Of a stretch of 64,000 bases of DNA, positions 54,037 through 64,000 are shown piece after piece (the stretch's first letter is position 1; each line of letters starts with the position of its first letter). The position numbers were made by a program, and so were the translations under genes. The notes under the pieces were generated by a model that was given only the letters and a program-made list of their open reading frames with translations, had not been told where the DNA came from and made no database searches. The stretch comes from Octopus vulgaris (taxonomy: Eukaryota): assembly GCA_951406725.2 (NCBI GenBank), contig OX597815.1, forward strand, positions 66,092,001 through 66,156,000, in the 5' to 3' direction.

Positions 54037-56546
54037 CATCATCATCATCATCATTTAATGTCCACTTTCCATGCTGGCATGGGTTGGATGGTTTGACTGA
54101 GGACTGGCAAACCAGGAGGCTGCACAAAACCCCAGTCTGATTTGGCAAGGTTTCTACAGCTGGATGCCCTTCCTAATGCCAACCATTCTGAGAATGTAGT
54201 GGGTGCTTTTTACATGCACGGGGGCTGGTCAGATGGCACTGGCATCAACCACGATCAAATGGTGCTTTTATATGCCACCAGCACTGGCATCAGCCACACT
54301 CGAATGGTGCTTTTTACATGCCACCGGTACAGGTGCCAGTCAGGCAGTACTGACATTGGCCACAACTATGATTTCATTTGACTCAACAGGTCTTCTCAAG
54401 AATAGCATATTGCCTAACGATTGAAGGGTGCTTTTAAACAGACCAGTTATGCATCACTGACATCGGTCACGGCTATGATCTCACTTGGCTTACTGGGTCT
54501 TCTCAAGCACAGCATATCTCCAAAGGTCTCAGTCACTTATTGCCTCTGTGAGGCCTAACATTTAAAGGTCGTGCTTCACCACCTAATCCCATGTCTTCCT
54601 GGGTCTACCTCTTCCACAGGTTCCCTCCACTGTTTGGGTGTTACACTTCTTCACACAGCTGTCCTCATCCATATGCAGCACATGACCATAGTAGTGCAGT
54701 CATCTCTCATGCACACTACATCTGATGCTTCTTATGTCTAACTTTTCTCTCAGGGCGTTTACACTTTGTCGTGTAAGCACACTGACATTACACATCCAGC
54801 GGAGCAAACTACATTTCTTTCAAGCCTACGCATGTCCTAAGCAGTCACAGCCCATGTTTCACTGCTGTGTAGCATGGCTGTTCACACAGACACATCATAC
54901 AATCTACCTTTCACTCTGAGTGAGAGGCCGTTAGTTACCAGCAGAGGTAGGAGCTCTCTGAACTTTGCCCAGGCTATTTTTATTCTAGCAGCAATGCTCT
55001 CAGAACATTCACTCCTGCTACTGATTTGGTCAACTAGGTAATGGAAGCCATCAACTACTAGTTTTTTTCCTTGGGATGTGATGGAATCTGTTTTCTGTAC
55101 ATCTTCAGTGTTTATTGCACCTGTGCATCTGCAACACACAAAAACTATCTTCCCAGTTAGCTTTCTTTTGATATTGCTGCACAACTTATGTGTCCATAGC
55201 TTACACCACGTACATCTTATGTACCTACGCCTTTTCTACAGATCAAGCAGGGCTATCTACCTGAAGGGGTTTATAATTTGTCTGCCTTCCTACCTACTAA
55301 GACTTTGGTTTTTGCTAGATTGACTTTAAGGCCCTTCAATTCTAGACATTGCTTCCACTCCTGGAACTTTTTCTCTAGTTCTAGTAGTGATTCAGCTATC
55401 AGAACAAGGTCATCAGCATGAAAGAGTTCCCAGAAGCAGTCTGTCTTGAATTCCTCTGTTATTGCCTGGAGGACTATCATGAATAGGAGGGGGCTGAGGA
55501 CTGATCCTTGGTGAACTCCTACTTCTACTTAATTCTTTACTATACTTATTGCCAACCCTCACGTGACAGCATCTCTGTGCATGGCTTGTACAGCTCTCAC
55601 CAACCAGTATCACTGTCCCTAGTTTCTGCATTGACCACCAGATAAGGGATCAGGGGACCCTATCAAAAGTTTTCTCCGTGTCAATGAAAGCCAGGTACAG
55701 AGGTTTATTTTTGGCTAAGAATTTCTCCTGCAGCTGTCTTACCAGAAATATAACATCAGTGGTGCATCTCCCTGGCACAAACCCAAACTGCATCTCATCT
55801 AAACTAACTCTTCGTAATTAGTTGAGCTATGACCTTCTTCATGACTTTCATCACTTGGTCCAACAATTTGAAACCTCTGTAATTATTCCTATCTAATGCA
55901 TCTCCTTTACCTTTGTAGCAGTTGACAAAGGTGCTGCTACACTAGTCACTGAGTATGACTCCTTCATGTATCATCTGGTTGACTATAGCCTACAGCACCA
56001 GATATTTTAAGCATCTCTGCAGTGATACCTGATGGGCTGGGGGCTTTCCCTGTCTTCATACTCTTAATTGCTTTATTTACCAAGGTACTGCCAATTCTAT
56101 TAGCTGGTCCCTCTTTTGGGTCAACATTTGGTAGACTCTTTTTCCCATTCCTTCTCTTCATTTAGCAACATTTCATAGTGGTGTCGTCAAGTCTCTCTTT
56201 TTGCAGCATCATTAAATGCAAGTGAGCCATCATCCATGCAGACACATTTCTCTCCTATGACATCAAGATTCTCTCTCACAAACTGTCTTGCAATATGAAA
56301 CACTTCAAGTCTCTGGTCCTCACGACGTAGATCATTGGCAAATTTTTTCTGATATGCTTCCCCTCTGGCTAAGTAAACCTGTTTCCTAGCTTCCCTTCTG
56401 GTAATCTGATACAGTTCCCTGCTACCACCACACTTCCAGTCCTTCCATGCCTGTTTCTTTTCCCTAATGGCCCTATCAACTACATTGTTCCACCACCACG
56501 TTACCTTAGGTCAAGAGGGAACTTTGCACCAGCCACAGATCTAGTC
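54037..56546 (-). mobile_element. 5'-truncated, decayed RTE-like LINE with (GAT)n tail
   Basis: KTGKAPSPSGITAEMLK, WELFHADDLVLIAES, GLKVNLAKTKV, ARIKIAWAKFRELLPLL; its 3' UTR matches many short (CAT)n-TTTAACGTCC...CCATGCT..CATGGGTTGG fragments (near 24425, 28690, 29130, 37395, 44270, 46650, 51140, 61450). Confidence 0.85.
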
Positions 56547-56621
56547 AGTAGATCTTGTCTCGTAGGAACCTCCAGCATATATATATATATATATATCATC
56601 ATCATCATATTATTATTATTA

Positions 56622-56622
56622 T

Positions 56623-56716
<94 letters not shown>
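56622..56716. repeat. (AGT)n microsatellite
   Basis: seen directly. Confidence 0.95.
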
Positions 56717-56717
<1 letters not shown>

Positions 56718-58762
56718 TTTTTATTATTATTATTGGCAAATAATAATATTATTATTTTTATCATTATTTCCAGGCAAGTATGGATCAGATCAAGTTTATT
56801 GAAGCAGATTTTCTACAGCTAAGTGACCTTCCTGTCACCAACCTTCACCTGCTTCCAAGCAAGAAATAGGAAACATTTTATTGTTAAATGATGCAACATT
56901 CCCCCAAGTATTTTCCCAATCCTAGCAACTATACAATCATTATTTGTTCCAATTCCAACATTGAGTGCATCAACTAATTCAATACAAACTAATGAAGGAA
57001 CCTTTATGTGGTTGTTCGAAAAGCAGCCAAATCTTCAGATCACATATTTAGATGCATTATAACTAAGGGGGAAAAAACTGGATGGTTTCATGGCTGGAAT
57101 TGCACCCTGCTATCCCTCAGATTGCGCTCTGCTATCTTAAAAGCAAGAGGATAAACTTGATAATATGATATCCCTCATATATGGGAGGAAAAAAAAGATA
57201 GGATGGTTTCATAGCTGGAACATTTATTATCATAGGTTTGCTGGCCTTGTAGCTAAACTACACCAGTAATAAATAAGCTAACAGAGTTTCATCACTCTGA
57301 TGATTACTGATACTCATCAATACTCTATCTAATGAAGAAAGTTGCTTTTGCATTAGTTGAGAGTATGTGACTTTTACTAAAAGAAGTAATTATTAAAGTT
57401 TATGCTATCTAAAAAAATTCTTAAAAATTTTAATATTAATATATATTTTTATCAAAATGTGGTTTTTAAAAATCTTTTATTATGAAGATTTCAACTACAG
57501 AAAACTAATTTTTATTCACTGTGAGATAGCATATATTCATACTACAAGATATCATTTCCCCCGTCTCTCTCTCTTACACTTCATGATGCTACTTTCTACA
57601 GACATGTTAGCAAAAACATTTTTCCAGATTGTAATCCAGCACCAATCAAGTTATGTTGATTCCAGTATCCTTTCATATTTGTTAGAATATGATTCTAAAT
57701 TTATTTACTGAGCAAGTGAGTGATATTCAGTGAATAACAGATACAAAAAGACATATATCAGAAAAATTACACAAATTGAGAGTCAGATGTGTAATATTAT
57801 TTAGCAACTAGCAGAAAACTGCTCAAAGGGCAGTGTTTCTTGCTAGTTATATTTAATGCATCTAGGGTATTGAAAGATATGGATTTCTTTGCATCCCAAT
57901 TGTTTTAACAACACAAGTGTTCTTGTCTCTTCTATTCTACACTATTTTTTTTTTACCAACAAGAACAGTCACCTGATACCACTAGAATTTTATTAAGCAT
58001 TATTTTTATGTTTTATAGTTTATGGACCAACCAGAACTCTAAACCATCCATAAGTACACATACATTCACACACATAACTGTATATCTAGTGGGCTCTGAA
58101 AGCTAATATATGTATACTTCACATACTCTTGCTTGATTGATTTGTTTTAGTTCAAGACATCCTAGCAGATTTTTGATTCCAGAATAACAACCTAACCATT
58201 TTAAAATTAGATTATCCAATTAGATACTAAGCATACAACTTGTCCAGTTACTCTAATTAAAATTTGCTGGATCCCACAATAGTACCAATATCTACTTCAC
58301 AAATTATGTAGATGACACTTCATCTGAAAAAACTAGGTTTTAAAAGTGATAACAGCAAACACCTATCTCAGAATGATACTAACTACATTTAGTATACTTC
58401 ATTACATTACAGACAACAATGTGCAAATTTGAAGAGAAATTAGCTTAGGTTTTGGTTGTCACTAAACTTCAATTCTGATTTCTGTAATAATACCCATTAA
58501 CCTTTATCAGACAAAGGAATAGAGTCAACCTTTCCAATAGTATATATACTTCAGTAGTATATATATATGCCATATTATTGTACATTTTAACAGCATACAT
58601 ATAAATATTTATATATAATTATCGTTGGTGCAATCAGAGAAGTAGTAACATGGAACTTAAAGTGTTTGGACTTTAAGTTAAATTCACTGAAACAATTCTG
58701 ACTCTGAATTCCATAGCTAACAAGAGGTGTTTCCATATTCCACTTCAATTTTATCTCCCTCC

Positions 58763-58802
<40 letters not shown>

Positions 58803-59200
58803 TTCTCTTTTCTCTTTTACTTGTTTCAGTCATTTGACTGTGGCCATGCTGGAGCACCGCCTTTAATCGAGCAACTCGACCCCGAGACTTATTCTTTGTA
58901 AGCCCAGTAATTATTCTATCGGTCTCTTTTTTGCCGAACCGCTAAGTGATGGGGACGTAAACACACCAGCATCGGTTGTCAAGCGATGCTAGGGGGACAA
59001 ACACAGACACACAAACACACACATATATATATATATACATATATACGACAGGCTTCTTTCAGTTTCCGTCTACCAAATCCACTCACAAGGCATTGGTTGG
59101 CCCGGGGCTATAGCAGAAGACACTTGCCCAAGATGCCACGCAGTGGGACTGAACCCGGAACCATGTGGTTGGTTAGCAAGCTACTTACCACACAGCCACT

Positions 59201-59251
<51 letters not shown>

Positions 59252-59992
59252 TATATATAAGATCACCATTTTAATGTCTACTTTTCCATGCTTGCAAAGG
59301 TTGGATGGAGTTCATCAAAACAAATTTGCTCTTGCTGGATGCTATTCCTGTTGGCAACCATCACTTGTTTCCCAAGAAGGTAATCCCAAACAGATTTTCA
59401 AAGTAGAGTGGAAATGAAGGACACAAATTGTATGATAGTGACACTCATTTATGACTATAATGTGATGTCAAACTGAAGAGATACAAGCATATGCATATAC
59501 ACACACACCAGCCTTTTTTCAGCTTCCATCTACCAAATCCACTCACAAGGCTTTGATCAGCCTGGACCTAAAGTAAAGAACACTTACCCAAGATGCCATA
59601 CAGTAGAACTGAACCTGAAACTACATGGTTGAGAAGCAAATTTCTTAAACATACAGCCACGCCTGTCCATATTATATTCATAAGAAAAGAAGTCACACAC
59701 GTATGTGTGTGTGTGATCAGCTTTCAATTTCCATGTACTAAATCCACTCACAAGGCGTCGGCCAGTTCAGGGCTATTTCTTTACTACACAGACATGCCAC
59801 TACCTCATTAATTCAGACCTATATATCAACAGTAGGCTTGTAACCAGCTATAGTTCTCTTCCATTTGGCATCACGGTTTAATGTGTGTAATTAACACTGA
59901 ATCAACATGTTAGTTCTATACACAATACTCTCACACATTCTTTGTAATTTTAGCCACTGATTTCAATCTCAACCATTGTTTAGTATCTCATT

Positions 59993-60030
<38 letters not shown>

Positions 60031-61888
60031 TCACTTGCTCACACATAAGCACTAGCATTCAATATTAGACAATGTAGTCATGGTCCAGTTAATGAGATAT
60101 TGTATGAGAAAAGACAATACACAACCAAGTTCTTTTGTATCATTGGGAACTTCAGCTATTTTTCTAGCAATATAAATAAATAAATAAATAAATATACCAT
60201 GTGCACACACACACACACAAAGTTATGTTCAGGCTAGTGTTTTAAGCCTTTAGTGCTGCAGCATGAACCTAATGATAAATATTTCTTTAAATGATTTTAG
60301 TCTATCATAGGTAACTTTTTCAAAAAGGGCCAGAGCACATGTTCTTGTTTAACCCATTATCATTCTTTAATGAGTAGACCTATGATCAAATATGCTCCAG
60401 CTGTGATCATCTTGTCTTTATAGGGATAGGTATGACTACACTAGCCAATATGCGTGGTTAAAGAAGACTGGCTTCTAGTTTTAACAGATTACGTAATCAT
60501 GTACAGACCTCTTTGATCCTTTTGATACTAATTCATCTGAATTCTATGATACAAACTTACTTTCATACAAAAACTGCCAGTATGAGGTTCTCAAAAAGAC
60601 TAGCTCTCTTCAGCAAAATTTAGTTCTGTAAGTGCTATATTTTGAGTTCTATACCTGTTACAGTGACTCCCTCCCTTCATGCACTATGTCTACATATTCC
60701 TCCTCCCTCTCTCTTATTTCTTATTTCTTTATTGCCCACAAGGGGCTACACACAGAGGGGACAAACAAGGACAGACAAATGGATTAAGTCGATTATATCG
60801 ACCCCAGTGCATAACTGGTACTTATTTAATCAACCCCGAAAGGATGAAAGGCAAACAGCCTCGGCGGAATTTGAACTTAGAACATTAAGACAGACGAAAT
60901 ACTGCTAAGCATTTCGCCTGGTGTGCTAACGTTTCTGCCAGCTTGCCGCCTTTCCTCCCTCTCTCTTGTCCCACTACCACCAGCAACTGTATCTTCTTTA
61001 TTGCTCTTGCTATTCACTATCCCATGCTTCAGAATCCCTCTATTATCCCCAGCTCATAATTCTTGTCTTATTCTTCCTTCAACCCTACCCATTTTAGCAG
61101 CCAGCTCTCTTCATCATTCACTTTCCCTTACAATCTTGCAAACCACCCATCCACTTCTACTCAGCTTATGCTTCCTGGTATCACCTGGGCACCTTATCAC
61201 TATTATCTATGTCTTGCACCACCCACTGATCATTCCCCCACAACACTTTTTTTTTTCTACATAGTAGCCATGCAGGGCCCTCTGCAGGAACCTGCTCTGC
61301 TGAACCTTTCTCATAGTTAATCTCCATCATCTCCAAGCATGAAGCTGACCCCACCTCCTACCTACACCAGTGCCCGTAATCTTGTGAACTGCATGGCAAC
61401 CTCAGTAGTGTTGCTAGCATGAAAACACACAGTCCATGCTATAAAATCATTAGCATTAGGAAGGGCATCCAATCATAGAAGCCAAGCCAAAACTGACATT
61501 GGAGCTTGATGCAGTGCTTGGACAAATTGGTTCCCATCCAACCCATGTCAGCATGGAACATGGATGTTAAATGACAATGATGATAAATATATGTACAGAC
61601 ACACATACATACACACATGCATGCACAGAATATGTCTAAATCAGTAAGATGACTAATGAGCCAAGAGGCCAGCATTCAAGACAGAAGATAAATTAACACA
61701 CACACATTCACTCACACAAGCATGTGTCACACATGCATAGACTACAAGGACTACATCATGTCTGTGAAATTACAGAAAATTGTAAGACATCATCACTCAA
61801 ACAAGAAAAGATGATAAGAAATTGCTATTTGCTACATAGCTCCACTCATACATTCTTTTCAGAAAGATAAATATTGATTGGGTCACTG

Positions 61889-61922
<34 letters not shown>

Positions 61923-64000
61923 CATACAGACAGACAGAGAGTACATGCATGTGCACAAATACAAATGTATGTTCTGTATTTCCTCCCAGTCCACGCCATA
62001 AAAGTGATATAAAAACATAAAAGAGATAACAAGACAATATACAAAAATCAAACATTATGTATGTCTAGTTTTTAGGAGAGGTGGGCATAGAAATAATGCT
62101 AAATTTCTCTGCTCAAAGAAAAAAAAAGAAAAAAAACCAGTTAAGTAAAGTAGGTAACGATTTCTGCACTGAATAAAATCTGAAATGAAGATAATAATCC
62201 TTTGAATAGAGAAGAAAAAGAAAAATGAACAAACTTCTGTTCTGGAAACAGAAGTGATAAAGATTTTAGATGCTTCTTAGGATCAGATCAATAAATGCTA
62301 CCAATGGTAAAAGGAAAGGTGATTAGAAAAACAAGCACAAGTATATGCATTAATAAATCCATACAGATAAACACACACAGGTATAAAGGTCTGTTTGGTC
62401 ATTATTTCATTATTTATGTACCTTTTATCTTTTACTAGTTTAAGTAATCTGGCCTGCAGCCACACTGGGGCACTGCCTTGAAGGGTTTAGTTGAACAAAT
62501 TAAAATCCGTACTTATTTCTTTTAAAAGTCTGGTACTTATTCTTTCAGTCTCTTGTGTTGAACAGCTAATTTAAAGGGATGTAAACAAACCAACACCAGT
62601 TGTCAAGTGATGAGGACACACACACACAGACATACACCTGACAGGCTTCAACACAGCTTTTATATACCAAATTCACTCACAAGGTATTGGGTGACTCAGG
62701 GCCATAATAGAAGAGACATGGCCAAGTGCAGTTGAACTCAAGGCATTATTTTACAGCTGGAAGCCCTTCAAATCACCAGCCTTTGGCTGCTTTTCAAGTA
62801 AAAGACCTCCACACATCTTCTAAGGCACAAAGCTGGAGAGGTGACAACAGTACTGCATGTAGCAAGTGGCTATTATAGGGCACAAATTGTGAAATTTGGT
62901 ATTATCCAGACCAAGTATTAACCATATCAATTTCACCTACCTCAGAGGGCCTGCAAAACTACAGTCCCTTCTTCTAAATCAAACATAACCTTATTGGGAG
63001 AGCCTGCAAAAACTATGCACACAGCTTCAGAGAAAACATTAATCACATCAGTCTCATCCATCTCAAAGAATATGGAGAAGGCCAAGGCCACAGCCAATTC
63101 CCCCAGACTAACCCATGGTGTCTATGGCTGGATGCCCTTCCTAAGGCCTACCACTTTACAGAGTGTGCTAGGTAATTTTTATGAGCCACTGGCATGGATA
63201 CACTCACATAGCACCGACACATATGCACTTTACATGGCACCAGCACGAGTGCATTTTATGTGGCACCAGCACCTCCAAAGGACATGCCTATATGTATGGA
63301 TGGCCACAATTTTACTTAGCTTGACATGTCTTCTCAAGTACAGCAAATCACCAAAAGTCCCGGTCTCTTGTCATCTCCTCAGTGAGGCCCAGCATCTGAA
63401 AATCCTTTCTCACCACTTCATCCCAAGCCTAATTATTTGTTTTACAAAATATTGCCATAGTTCAGTTAAATTGGAAAAAAAAAATCATAGCTGTTTCAGT
63501 GTTGAGTAAGCAACTACCTCTTATTAAAAATAAACAAAAAAAAAATCTGCTACAGAAAATTCAGATGTAGATGTGAAAAATTTGTAATAACTACCCACTT
63601 ACTGTTATAAAAGACAAAAGAAAATAAGACAGGTTAAAATAAAATAAAATAAAATAAACAATAAGGAACTTACAAAGAAAATGCCAAGTGAAACTCAACA
63701 CATCAAATATCTTCCCTATAGTTTTGATTTTTAGAAATAATATTTTTTTTACCATTAGTGTATGTTGGAAAATAAATACAGATTCTTTTAACAATTCTAA
63801 AGAAATAGGTTAGAGACAAAAATATATATATATATATAATATTGTTTACTTAAAAGCTCTTTTAACTGAGACACTTTTGGTTGTTGTTTTGTTTCTTTTT
63901 GCTAGTTAAAAAACAGAAAACAATGAAAAAAAAACTATTATCTATCATCGCACATTTTTGATTCAGCTTTTTATATATAAATGTGTGTGTGTGTGTGTGT

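Noticed and set aside
52231-64000. Upstream EXT2 exon (expected ...GGGFS.W.YR..YDVSIPV...)
   Set aside because: Not found; a GCTGGTGGT match near 60975 does not extend into the expected peptide, so the intron probably runs past the window

Overview
AT-rich, microsatellite-rich eukaryotic DNA. The SINE/LINE repertoire suggests a cephalopod, probably Octopus (inference from repeat recognition, not from a search). The only host gene I can support is the 3' part of exostosin-2 (EXT2) on the minus strand: 8 coding exons from 52230 to the stop at 36993, all GT-AG and phase-consistent; its 5' exons were not found in the window. The rest is transposon-derived. It includes a near full-length but disabled RTE LINE (8.2-12.2 kb), a decayed Helitron (12.7-15.9 kb), a complete decayed mariner, a second RTE-like LINE with a PHD-like finger, R4/Dong-type and Penelope fragments, piggyBac- and hAT-like MITEs and many tRNA-type SINEs. 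The main hidden signal is a set of minimal type-I hammerhead ribozyme folds, most in divergent inverted duplications and one attached to a Penelope GIY-YIG fragment. The core 3-8 pair differs between families (G3-C8, U3-A8, C3-G8), and loop III is palindromic, suggesting cleavage as dimers. A sharp CpG-content boundary near 21.7 kb sits next to an unexplained unique island at 20.1-21.6 kb.
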